Positions 1 through 12,350 of a stretch of 64,000 nt of DNA are shown here, in pieces. The DNA comes from Oikopleura dioica (lineage: Eukaryota > Animalia > Chordata): assembly GCA_907165135.1 (NCBI GenBank), contig OU015566.1, forward strand, positions 11,222,001-11,286,000. Reading direction: 5' to 3'. Every line of letters starts with the position of its first letter. The stretch's first letter is position 1. The notes below the pieces were generated by a model, which worked only from the letters and a program-made list of their open reading frames with translations, was not told the DNA's origin and did no database searches. The position numbers and the translations under genes were made by a program.

Positions 1-760
1 CTCACATGTCCAATAATGTTAACGATCCCTGCTCATCAGATGTAATCAGAACGGAAAAATTGAGACTCTGGTAGAAATTATTATCTTACGTATTAACGGA
101 AAGATGATCTATGCTCCAAAAAAATGCCTTTCCAAATCTAAGATCTTTAGCTCTTTAAATAGGCAAATTAATAAGAGTTGATTTATAAGTGGATCAGAAA
201 GAAGGCTATCTCAGCTCTAAGAAGCTCTTAGATAGAAACTGGACATACAAATTATGGCTACTGCTCGCAATGCCTGTCTACTCACGAGAAGTTTTTAACT
301 CAAATATCACAAGCTATCTTTTCTCGTGATCAACTTGTTCTCCAATAATTGCACGTTGACGATTGAAAACGATACTTGCACATTGCTCACGCTAGAAATC
401 ATTAGCCAGTGCAACTGCTCAGAAGGTTTTTCGTCAATCATGGAAAGAGTCAGAACAATCACCTGCTCGTGTGATATACGCGTCTGATTACACCGCTCAA
501 AGAACTTCGTCGCTCGCTCATAAGGACAGAATATTCGCTCAATTACCCTTAGAAAAAGTCTTCATTTATCAAGTCGATTATGCACAAACTGATTGCAATT
601 AAATATCCATTCACGAAGAAAAATATCGGCGTCATATCAGTCTGATTCGACCGCTCAAACGAAAGACTGCCTTAAGAACAGAATTTATCAAGGAAGATGA
701 CGTGGCCGAATCACAAGGGAAAGTCCTAAAAGACGAAGTTAAGAACAAGTCTAAAGTTAA

Positions 761-1140
761 CTCTCATAAAGATCAACCGCTCCTTGTTGATAGAGATGAG
801 ATCATTCCTGCTCAGAAGAATGAAAAGTCAAAAATTAGCTCTCATAAAGATCAACCGCTCCTTGTTGATAGAGATGAGATCATTCCTGCTCAGAAGAATG
901 AAAAGTCAAAAATTAGCTCTCATAAAGATCAACTGCTCCTTGTTGATAGAGATGAGATCATTCCTGCTCAGAAGAATGAAAAGTCAAAAATTAGCTCTCA
1001 TAAAGATCAACCGCTCCTTGTTTATAGAGATGAGATCATTCCTGCTCAGAAGAATGAAAAGTCAAAAATTAGCTCTCATAAAGATCAATCGTTCCTTGTT
1101 GATAGAGATGAGATCATTCCTGCTCAGAAGAATGAAAAGA
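761..1140 (+). repeat. 78-bp coding tandem repeat, about 5 copies (26-aa unit SHKDQPLLVDRDEIIPAQKNEKSKIS)
   Basis: Unit CTCTCATAAAGATCAAC... starts at 761, 839, 917, 995 and 1073 with few substitutions. Confidence 0.95.
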
Positions 1141-1264
1141 AGTTAACGAGTCATAAAGATCATAAAGAGCCAAGTGATAGAGATGACTCAGCTCACGACA
1201 ACGTTTGGAAAGATCGTCTCCGCTCACGACGATAGTGTTGTCCTGTGATTAGCTGCTCGACTAA

Positions 1265-1771
1265 TCCTTTAATGGTCTAGAAGTTTTGCTCATAACTCGA
1301 CCTGATTCACAGATAGCTGCTCGACTATCTCGCTCTCAAATCGTCACATTTTCACGACGTGGTGGTGCTCAGATATGCGTTCCCATTATCTAGCCACCGT
1401 TTACTCATAACTGGATTGCTCGCTCTCTCTGTAGTCTAAAGCCCTGCTCACACGACATCGATGTCAATTGGTAAATTGGTTCCTCACAACTTCGGCGATT
1501 CAATGCACAACTGGAAATTGGCTCATAAGAAAAATTTAACTTCCCCGATCAAGCTCAAATGGGAATCCAGCTTACTGGTAATGCTCAACCAGATCGTTAT
1601 TACGAAGTTTTCATGCAGGCCTCTGTGGATTTTTGTTCTCATAACACAGGTAATGTGTTTATCAACTGCGCACACGATAAGTACCTCTTTCCTGAACCTT
1701 GGTCCAGCCTTCTGCAGATGTTTGGCAATGGGTGCAGTTGCCAAAATCACACACAGAAAGTCCTTTTATGA
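1265..1771 (+). pseudogene. Decayed accessory ORF of the retroelement (~170 codons, 3 in-frame stops)
   Basis: The frame of ORF 1559..1771 extends upstream to ~1265 through three stops with no frameshift. No recognisable family. Confidence 0.35.
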
Positions 1772-2563
1772 AAAATAAGGCATTCACGATCACAAGTTCC
1801 GCTCAAAGCTACGCTCAAACGCTTTAAATATTCTTAATAATAGGGTTCCAATGCTTAAATTCTCCGTTCACAAGCTTATTTTAATAATCGCCCTGCTCGT
1901 ACGCTAATTAATCCCTATTAAAATTTTCACGAACTTTATTTCACTAAAATACTTAATGATCGCAGCAATTTCGCTCAATTGCTATAAAATCAAAAGCTCA
2001 CATGCCTTAAAATTTAGTTTGAAGTTATTACGCTCGTTAGCTTCATAGTTTTCACAAGAGAGTAAAATAATTAACATCTGCTTCAAATATTCTAATCACA
2101 AGCAAATTATTTACAATCTCACAGCTCTGTTCACAGCTTTCTATCGCTCATCGTGTCACACTCTCTTCTAATTAGAACTCGCTCTTTGTTCTAAATGTTA
2201 TCTTTGCTCAAAGTTCTACTAGATAACTGCTCGAATCACAGGTACACATTTAAAGATCACCTGCTCGTGATGATCAAAAGCTCAATAATTGGCGCTCATT
2301 AACGATCTCCTGCTCATGAAGATCATCCGCTCAAAAATAAAAAGGGGAAAGAAGTAAACAGAAAAATACCCATCACGATAGGCCCAACTCACGACTTTGA
2401 CAACTTATCACTGGTCACGAATGTTCACAAGAAAAGACATCGGAATGACCTCACAACGTCCGGAAGATACACTCGATGGCGTATTCTAGCCTCAGAAAAC
2501 TACGGTTCTGAAAGAGTACTGGTTGGTCCAATACTCATTTTTAGAAGAGAAAAAAACGCGAAA

Positions 2564-3199
2564 ATGACCTCTCTTCAAAATGATTTCTTCCTGCTCAACG
2601 ACGCTCCTCCAAAGCCGCTCATTCAACGCTTTATCATTCCTGCTCTATTTGATGTCACCATTCCAATCCACTTCTTACCGAACTCAACTTCAAAAGAAAA
2701 CTTGCAATCGCTGCTCGACTTTTTGCAAGAATTGAAAAACGAAGCTTAGTCCCTTATAGATCACTTTCACTTTGATATCAACCACCTCCAGGAATTGCTT
2801 TTTGAAAATCATGACAGTTTGCTCAACTGGATAAGTGAGACAGCAATCCTCTATCAGCTTTTGGTCGATAAAAACACTCGCATCGAATTGATGAGACAAT
2901 TCCAAACGATCTATGAAAAACGATATTACACCTCAAGGATCGCTTTCAAATTTCTAGAAGCCGATTCAAAATCGTTTTCCGACCAGCTCGAATACGCGAG
3001 AACTCACATCAAAATTTTCACAAATGATCTTGCTCACAATTACTCGACTTACCGAATCAATCATGCAGAAACTTCACATTCGGAATCTCTACAAGTCGTA
3101 AACTCCATCCAGCACAATTCTCTACCAGAAAATGTTTGGGACTTCATCGAAGAAAACTCAAAATTTCTACGCTCAACGGACGCTTCGCTTCAAAAATAA
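2564..3199 (+). pseudogene. Accessory ORF of the retroelement (~211 codons) broken by one TAG
   Basis: ORFs 2564..2749 and 2795..3199 are in the same frame, separated only by TAG at 2747-2749. The final stop lies in the PPT. Confidence 0.5.
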
Positions 3200-3606
3200 A
3201 AAGGGGAAAATATGTAGTGGTTTTCCTACTGTTTTCGCTTCGAAATATGGGATTCTAGCGCGCGTGGTCAACGTAATTATGCCCAGTGAGCCGTGACGCG
3301 CCCAGCGCCAAGGCTACCATTCCATCATGCCTTGACAGCTCCCTTCTCTCTATTCCAGCGTTGGCGATATGGCCAACGCCGAGTTCGTACGACCAAGTCT
3401 AGGTCCGTGCCACCGATGGGTGGTGTCCTATACTATAAAAACGACTGTACCCCTATAATTTTATCATTCTTTTCCCTGACTTCACAGGTATAACATAAAA
3501 TATTATATATATATTTTATTATTTTCTGCTCACACCTATCAGGGTTAATAAACTTATTCGAGATTGATTCCCGTGTTCCAATTACTTTCAGTATAAAACC
3601 ACCATA
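3198..3606 (+). repeat. Polypurine tract and putative 3' LTR (starts 3213)
   Basis: PPT, a 2-nt spacer, then TGTAGTGG. An imperfect inverted copy CCACCATA at ~3599-3606 is the tentative end. Confidence 0.4.
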
Positions 3607-4124
3607 TCTCGTATGATTCTTCACGTTCTTTTTCCATACGGACATCTAGCATACATATGCGAACCTTGATCATCCTGACAACCTCGTGATTCTGAACCGT
3701 TTCCAGATAAAAGCCTGCTCTGCCTGATGGTGAAATAGAGAGTCGAAGAGAGTGAGCTGAGATATTTGTTTGATATAAATTTTATTGAACTGTCGACCTA
3801 GCTATTCCTTGGCTCGCACAATAAAATAGCCAATTGAGCCAGGTGGAGACAAAGAGCGTTTAACCCCGTGGCCGGCGTTAAATAATTACGGCAGATGTAT
3901 TTGAAGCTTTGAGATAAACTCACCTAAAGAAGTTCGGAAGGAAAATGATGCTCCACGCCTTAAAATCATTCTGAAAGTTTGCCGGGAACTATCTTCCGGC
4001 AACGTCGAGGGTCAACTTCCTTGAGATTAGCGCAAAATTTCCACCCGTTCATTTTTCCGGACTAACTTAGTCCGACTAAGTGAAGAAGTGTTCAAAATTG
4101 TCATGACATCATTTCAAAAAAGAA

Positions 4125-4775
4125 ATGAAGATTTTCGCCAACCAAGAGCATCAGTTTGAAATGAAAGAGATCTTCAGGAAGCTGAGCAGAAAGAGCGACA
4201 TAAAAGTCGTCGGAATCCCGAATGGATCAACCGATCCCCTACAAAAGATTCAGCGTGTGAAAGAGAGGGTAGAGAATGAGGGGTACTTGGACGTGGCTTT
4301 CGTCTACAATGGAACTCATGTGCGCCTAAGTTTCTTTCATTGTTTGGTTTAAACTTCTATGTCATTTTACTCTTAGAACAAAATTTGAAACTAGTGATAA
4401 AGGCTTGATGATTCTGAAATTTACTCGGATTTCTTTGACCTTGAAGGCTCAAGTTTGAACTTCTCAACGCCGATGATTTTCAATGGAGTTTGGTATTTCA
4501 TCTAAAAGCTGAAAGTTTCAGGCTAAAATACGCTTTATAGCGTCAAATGTGTTGGAACTATCAACATGCGAACTCTTGAAGGCCAAGCGAAGTTGGAATT
4601 TTACCCGGAATACGCGAAATACGAGCTAGAAATGACACCAAAAGCTGCGCCAGACGATCAGGACTCGATGGCCCCTCATTCTAGCGGAGACGTCAACCAA
4701 CAAATGGAACATATGCACACGGTACTATCCTTGATTTGCTCTGACAAGCTAAAACTCTACAATAGCCGACGGTGA
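4125..4775 (+). CDS. Hypothetical spliced protein with a weak glutamate-cysteine-ligase-like motif
   Basis: ORF pieces 4125..4352 and 4566..4775. FYPEYAKYELEMTP resembles GCLC WRPEYGSYMIEGTP. Exon structure unresolved. Confidence 0.3.
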
Positions 4776-4849
4776 AACATGAAAATCAACTTTCAAGTCC
4801 AGCTTCTTCGTTTTGAAAATGATTTTAATAAACAGTAAAAATGGTTCTT

Positions 4850-7800
4850 TCAATAAAAATTTTTATCATTTCCAGGCGGCGAAAAATCTCTCAGGGAACG
4901 TTTCTTGGCTTGATGAAAAGATGATCGAGATTGTTGCTCGTTTTGTTGTTGATTCCTTCCCCTTCCGTTTGAGAGTAAAGGAGCAACAGGATATTCAGCA
5001 TCGTTTTGTTGTTCATGCAACACATCTCTTAGAAAGTCAAGTCTATAACGGGTTCATTTAAAAAGAATCATTATTCAAGGTCAACAAGGTCTCAAAAAAA
5101 TGAAGCTAGAACCTTTCCTATTATCAAGAGAGTTGTCTTTGAAAACTTGCGTTGGAATGTCCATATGACAAGTAGTTGCTCTTTCTGATTTTCTGTCATC
5201 AAATTGTGAGGTACTTGTGTCCATTTCCGGGATTGCTGTTGAAGAAGTCGGCACTTGATGATAGTTTTCTTTGTTTTCAGTATTTCTTCGTTTTCTCAAA
5301 GGCTGTTTTACATCAAACTTTTGGTTCAATTTGTCCAGATCAGCCATCGAATTTGAATTCTGTCGTTTCATTTTGCAATTCTCTGCCTTTTTAAGCTCAA
5401 GAGTAGAAGATCGCTGTCGTATTTGACTTCTTGGTTGACTGTTGATAGATTCCCGCTTACTGAATGCAGTTTCCTGAGCTTCTAAAACTTCGTTTAGACG
5501 CTTGCTCCAAGAGTTGACTTTTCTCTCAAGGTTATTCTTCTTGTCCATTATTATTTGTTCTCGAGAACGCTTCTTTTTCGACGGGTCTCTGTTCAACGGA
5601 GTTTTATCCGTTGAACGCTCGACATTTTCCTTTTGGAACGACGATGAAAGCTGTGATTCTGCAGCTTCATTCTTAGTTTTCTTATGCACGATCGGGGGAT
5701 TCGATGAAGGTGTTGATTGAGTTTGATGATATTCAGTTGGCTTCGGAATGTTTGGCCTCGATTTGCATACCTTCAAGCCTGTTTAGGTTTTTTTAGAATT
5801 TTCTTTAGTGTTAGTTTTGATACGACTTATTCTATGAAGAAGCATAATTTTAAACCTTTTCCTTTTCTTTCAAATTTCTTTTGAAGAATCTTTTTAAAAG
5901 CATTGTGAATTTTGTCAAACTCTCCTTCATATCTAAATCGGAATCCAGCCTTCGACGTGTAGTTTTGCAGATAGAGCCAGCGAGTTATAGTCGTTGTAGT
6001 CTGGTCCGATCGTGAGATCCTCTTGAAGAAGCATTCATCATCTTGTTTGATCGTAAAATTTTCATTTTCTGCATAAGGTTGCAAAATGAATTCAATCCCG
6101 TTATCGTTGAAGCTCACTCCGACAGGCTTATTTTTCGGGGCTAAAACAAAGATTTTGAATTCAAGTTTACAAAAACTGATTACCTATTCTCTCCCAAACT
6201 CCTGTAAGACGATCTTGCTTCTCCTTGACTTTCTCAAGTTTGTAGAGATTTATCACGAAGAACTTTGGTTTTCTTACTGATGACGTTTGTGGCTCCTGGA
6301 TTGAATGTTTGGTTGGCTCCTAGAAATAATTTCAGAGATTTATCGTAGACATCGTCTTACCTCTTTAGAATATGGACGCTTTGGTGGAGAAGAGTTTTCA
6401 TTTGAAGGTTTTTCTTTTAAGCTGTTGTCTTTAGTGCGTGAAAGGATGAAAGATGAACCAAGATTGAAGAACCTTTTCATAGCATTTGGATCGTCATGAG
6501 TATCGAACTCGAATCGCAAGAATGACCTGTCCTCGGCACTGACAAGATAAATTGATCGACCGTAAAAGGCAGCCTGGATTTCTCCGTGTAAACCAGCGAA
6601 TATTTCAACTGTATCTTCCAAAAAGAACTGAACTCTTTTCACTTGTATTTGCATCTCCATCTTGATTCTTCGCCCAGGCTTGCTCAATGCCTTCCATTCT
6701 CTATCACCAGTCAATTCTTTTCGATAAAGGTTCAAGCCCCAGAATGTTCTATTTTTGATTCCATATTTTCCAAGTTGTATTTCTTCCATCTGTTTGTAGT
6801 CGATCATAAATTCCCGATACCCTTCCTTTTCCTCACTCCATTCTGTCGCGTTCAGCACGGTCTCTTCAAATTCTTGAAGAAGGACAGCTGTCGTTTCGTC
6901 AACTTTAAAATGTTCTTTTGGTGGCAACTCTCCTTCGTCTCTCTCATTCTTATTTTCTTCTTCATCCTGTTCTGCTTTCTTTTTCCTTTTTTGCGAACTC
7001 TTTCTTTCTTTTAGTTTCTTCTTGGATCGTTCCAATATCTCTTTCTGCTGTCCAATGTCGATTTGCATCGACAACATTGTAGTTTCGTTGGACTTTCTTT
7101 TCGGTCGACTAAGTATTGAGGCGATCGAGAAAGGATCCTCATCTACTTCAGGAGTTTTAGAGGGTTTTTCTTCTTGACTTGACGATTTCTTTTTCGGCTT
7201 TGTTTTTTTCTTTGTTTTCAGCGGCGGGGGTAGAGAAGAGGATGCAGGTCCTGCGTCGACGTCAATATCCAATTGCTGATCCGACAAATCAAAGCTATGT
7301 TCTTGACTTTTTACATGATTGTTGACTTCTCCTAGGGACGATTGCCGTTTCAAATCCGGACTTGATCTTTTTGGAGTCTCCAGCGTTGATGCTCTTGGTC
7401 GAATGGGCGAGTTATGTTCGTCAAAAGACATTTCAAGGCGCTCTTTTGAAATCTTCTCTTCCTCCTTTAGTTTCAGTATTCGTTCACGTCTATCTGCTGC
7501 GATCTTCCTGGCTGTAAGATCAGAATCATCAATCTTCAGAATATCTTCTTTCAGCTGCGTCAAGAAACCATAGGCATATTGTAAGAAAACACCCCTTGCG
7601 CCGAAGTCGATGAATTCGAATCGTAGGTATTTCTTTGTCGATTTTTGAACGATGTAAAGAAAATCTTCTTCGATGTAATAGTGGATCATGTCGTTCAGCT
7701 TGCAGACCAGGCACATCATCTCAGGAAGGTTCTCAAAGATGAGTAAGTAGCTTCCAGGCTTGATTCGAAGATTCACGACAAAATCTGCATCGGCTAGAAG

Positions 7801-8816
7801 GATATTTAAAAAATTTACACAAATCTGATCGTTTTTACCTAACGGCCACCACTGCCCTTTTCCATATTCTTTCTGGTATTGAAGATTCTTTACCGGAAAG
7901 TCAAAACCAGTCGGCGGTCGTTCGGGTCTTCCTTGAGAATTGCGCTTGCTTTTTGAAACCAACTCGTCGAATTTTTCATGAAGATTAACCTGTGGGTGAT
8001 GTCGAGGAGCAGTGACATGAACGTGAGGCTGCTGGGAGTGCTGCGGCTGATGATAATTAGGCGGCGGTTGATACTGACTTGGATTTGGCGCTCTGAAATC
8101 GAAATGAAGAAAAATAACGGAGAGAAATGGATTTACCTTTGATGGAAGCCGTTTTGGTTATGATAAGGGTTGGCATGCTGCGAATGAGAATGAAAATTGG
8201 CCGCAGGTTGATGATAATTGTGCTGAGGTTGCGAATGATGTTGGTCGTAAGGACTCTTCGATTGAAAAGGCGCTTGACTAGGACTAAATAGTCTTCTCTA
8301 GCTCTCGTAAATTCTTGAATTTCTTACATGTTATATGGAGCAGGTCTTTTCTGTTGAGGAAAACTGGCCGGAAATTGCGGCTTGTGCATCCGAGGTTGAT
8401 AAGCATTAGTGACATTTTGCATGGGTTGTCTTTGATTTTGAGACGGTCTAAGTTCAAAAAAATATAATAGTTATCAAACTTTCGTCTTACCCGTGAACTT
8501 GGCTGCCCGAAATTGTTGATGGATCGCTAAACTCCGAATACCCTTGTGAGTGAGGAGCTTGAGAGTTGAACCCAGGATGAGCTTGGAAGTCATTGATCTG
8601 CTGCGAACTTGGAGGATGATCGTAGCATTGTTGACTCCCATGGGCTCCTTCGTAATCAGCCCTTTGCGAGTTTTGAAAATTCATAGGTTGGCTTTGATAT
8701 TGAGGTGCCCTTTAAAATAATTGAAAAAAGAATTTTATATAATAAACTTACTCTTGTGAAGCGGAATAAAACTCGAAGTACTCTCTTTCGTAATTTTTCA
8801 TCTTTTCGCGTTCCAT
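4850..8816 (-). CDS. Uncharacterised protein: Q/P-rich N-terminus, three related PH-like beta domains, charged low-complexity linkers
   Basis: ATG at 8816 (MEREKMKNYER), GT-AG introns linking to 8487..8684, 6340..7962, 5827..6117, 5081..5776 and a last exon ending GNDKNFY* at 4850. Motif [LI]Y[IL]x(5-6)[LF]RFx[FY] occurs three times. Confidence 0.6.
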
Positions 8817-10111
8817 TCTCGCACTTTTTTTATCTGATCATGTGGCCTCTACTTTATCAGATAAATAACAATATTCTAGAAAATTTCTCGCTTAAAAAAT
8901 CGGACGATCAATTTTTGAGAAAACTGATTTTTTCTCTTTATGATTTTTTGACAAAAACGAGTCAAAAATTAACCATAAGAGTTGAGCAATAAACTGTTGG
9001 CTCGAAATTAAAAATAAATAGGTTTTAGTTGAGCCCGGAAACTTTTAAATGATTCAGGGTCAACAAAGAATCGACAATTTGCAAGTTCAGAAAGTATATT
9101 TAGATATTTATTCGCATTTTTGAAATTTGTGAAACAGAAAAGCACAAGATCTGGAATTCTTCAGGATAACATGTGTTCTTGGAAGTCAGCTCAGGATCCA
9201 ACTCAGCATAAGTATGCAGGAATAAAGTACCGCCAGCTAGAATTTTAATTATTAATCTTTACAATGTAACACTATTTTTTAAGGTAAGACGAGTTTAGTT
9301 TATTTTCCGGTATAAATTCGCTGGAGTAGCTTTTATAAAGGAAATTCTGTGAAAGAAAAAAAGAAAAATTATCAATTTTGATGGAAATTAGAGAATAAAA
9401 ATAAATTTAAATTTTAAATAACGAACCCAAACCATAGATTTTTGAAAGTAATCACCGACATTCGAACTCCTTCCCGTTGAAAGCATTTTTTTTTTCTCTC
9501 TTTTACTAAAACTTTAAGCTCGGCCGCAAAGGTCTGCACTCTTTTTATTGAATTTCGAAAATCCCTCTTATGCACCGCGTTTATAGAAGGCTCGCCTAGT
9601 GCGCCCTCACCCTTAGATGAGCCGTTTTTTCTGTCCTATCAGTCAATGATTAAAATTGATTGAAATGAAAAAGTAATAATCGCAATTAAGTATCCTGAAA
9701 GGCGACTCAAGGAGATCCCCTTTCATCGGAGGAAATAGATGAACTTTCGGAGTTAGACGAAAAGAGTTCCATTGCCGAACCGGGGATCATTATTGATTCA
9801 GACCCTTGCTTGATGAATTATAATTTATACCTTTGATTATATGTCTCTCAAGATTAAAAGAAGGATGGGGAATTATGAGATGTATATATTGAAATATAAA
9901 TCTTAAATTAATCTGGTCAATCACGCCTTCAGCAGTTTGTATTGAGACATCACTAAAGTGTCTCAAAGCAAGTGCCATTTTGTCTGATAGAAAATCATCA
10001 CTCTAGGAAAATCATAGTGCCAGTCGGGCGTCTTCAAGATCGTCCTAGGAAATTTCCCCACAAGACGGTCAAAATCCGTCTCTTGGAACGTAATTACTAT
10101 TTGAGCAAATA

Positions 10112-12350
10112 ATGGCGGCTCAGGACTTTATTCGGGTAACAGCCAGTTGTCTTAGAGCAAATTTCATAAGCTACAGGTAGAGCTGACCTTTTTTCGTACT
10201 TTTTCATATTTATTCAGAGCTTGGTCAAAAAAGTTCAAATGGTTGGTCAGGGAAAGAGTTAATTCAGCTTCATAGCTCATTTCTAACTGAAAATATTGAA
10301 AGTAGAGCTTTTAGAATCAACTCGAAAAAAAGGTACCGGACCACTTTTTCGAAGGTGCTGAGAAGTTACTGTCGATTTGGTTTACGACGGAAGAAGGAAA
10401 AGGCGAAGAGCACGGAGATCTGAAGAAGATTCCACGAGGGAAATGGGATGAGCTTGTCAGGGGAGTTGATGCGGAAATTTTGTCGGAGATTGAGGATGAA
10501 GATGTAAGGAACGGACTTAAATAAGATACATTTGTAGTCTTTCTTACGATAATGAGTTGTGGAGATAAATAAAACAGCTGTCTTTAATCTCAAGATCAAG
10601 CTATAAATATTCAGTATGCAATTTATCCTCTGACTTAAAATTAATTAGTTCTCTTATATCCACTCATGTATGATAGCATGTTAATTCTTTCCATATTGAT
10701 CTAGGTACTCTAAATTCATATCCTACTTTGAGTCTTAGTGGAAGATAAATACTGAGTTGGCAAAAAAATGTGATTTTCAAGTCTGACATCAGAGCGTTTA
10801 TTTTATCCGAATCATCCCTCTTTGTGTTTGAGAACCGCATTATTGTCAAAACATGCGGTACGACGCGTTGTCTCAAAGCACTAGAATATTCAATCACGCT
10901 TGCCGCGAAGATGTGCGGCCTCACGCGTCTTCAGGAAAGTGCGCTCAATAGAAATATGTCCGGATTCGGTGTTGGGGATTACGGGACAATGAATAATTGA
11001 GTAACTGCCAAACTCGAAATGAATAACAATTTGTGACCGCGGCGCGACCTCCAACTCAAGTTCGAGTTCTAATTGATCTGAAAGCTAATCGGATGACTTG
11101 CGATGTACAGATGGGGACTACAGTTGATAAGTGACTGGCATTACTGAAATAATCGACGCCATCAGTTTTCATTGTTCTCCTGAGGCCGCCATAAATCTGT
11201 AGGACTCAATCGCTGATATATTATTTAAAGATAATTGGCATCCATAGAACGAGGATCAGGCGGGTTTAGGGGATGAGTTTTTGATTCGCCTCATTCAGAT
11301 CAACTTGACTCTCGATTAACCTTGGCGCCGAAATTCAAATATTGTTGATTTATGACGATTTTCTTCATTAAAAAATATCGAACGCATAAAAGGATGTATT
11401 TTACTCCAGACGAAACTTTCTCCAGCCAAAAGCGCAGGTCGACATGCATAGTAGTTTTTCAGGAACGCGGTGAGGAGCTCATTAATTTAGATGAAAACAG
11501 TCTATAAAAATAGCAGAGTCATCATCACGAAATAGACGAAGTAGGGTACTTGGACAAATTCGTAGAAGGAGGCGCACCGTATGTTATGGGAAAAGTTAAT
11601 ATTGACTGTAAGTAGATGAGACAGTCTGTCCGATCGGATGACTGTCTTTAATATTCTCCTGTTGAAAGATGTCTATCAGGCTGGTTCTTTTACACAAAAG
11701 TTCAACGGAGCTCCACTGGGGTCAGTATTGGCCAGCCCGACCAGCGATTTGAACTTATTATGAGCGATCTTGACCCACAAGCGATGAAGCAATTCTACTA
11801 CAGGTTTGTCTCGAGCATGAACGGTAATAATACGGACAAAGCTCGAACATGCGAACATAATTATGCCTTTTTTGCGTCAAAATCAATAATTACTAGCTCC
11901 AACCAAACTGGACACGCGGCGACCCTTTCTTCTGGCATTTCCAAGCTCATACCTGGCGCTAGAATCGACTCGCACATGTTCCAGCCCTGTGGTTACTCCT
12001 GCAATGCGATCATTCCTGGTGGATTTTACTTTACGATTCATATCACGCCGGAAACCGACTTTTCCTTTGCAAGCTTCGAGACAAACCATCCAGATGGAAA
12101 TCACGCGGGATTTATGGAGAAGGTCTTGAACATTTTCAAGCCAGGGCATTTGATTGTCACGAAACTTGCGAACCAGGTAATAAAATTTTCAATACGAGTG
12201 CTTTACTTATATAAGCTGTCAAAAACAAATGTGATGTCCGACTTCCGCCTTGAAAACTACGACCTTCAAGATCTCCAAATCACGAAATACCCATGCTACG
12301 ACGTTCACTACTCTTCTTACGATGTCAGAAGCTTAGCCGACCATTGTTGA
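10112..12350 (+). CDS. AMD1: S-adenosylmethionine decarboxylase proenzyme
   Basis: Exons give HFFEGAEKLL, ILSESSLFV (processing site), KTCGTT, FYSRRNF, FQPCGYSCN and TIHITPETDFSFASFETN. First exon MAAQDFIR (10112-10135) joins in phase at 10315. Confidence 0.95.

Larger units (their letters stand above)
1..3606 (+). mobile_element. Decayed 3' part of an LTR retrotransposon (Ty3/gypsy, Tor-like), 5' end outside the window
   Basis: Stop-interrupted integrase-like C-terminal frame (RVIYASDYTAQ...KYRRHISLIRPLKRK) runs into ORF 702..1235. Two further decayed ORFs follow. A polypurine tract AAAAAGGGGAAAA (~3198-3210) is followed by TG-starting sequence TGTAGTGG at 3213, with a TATA-like motif (~3432) and AATAAA (~3546). 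The LTR 3' end is uncertain. Confidence 0.55.

Noticed and set aside
761-1140. Array superficially like a CRISPR
   Set aside because: Contiguous tandem units with no unique spacers, in a eukaryotic coding context.
784-1146. Alternative-frame repetitive ORF
   Set aside because: Produced by the 78-bp repeat having no stop in that frame.
11000-11390. Possible C/D snoRNA or nested gene in the long AMD1 intron
   Set aside because: Box motifs are degenerate with no terminal stem; the minus-strand frame is short and unconvincing.
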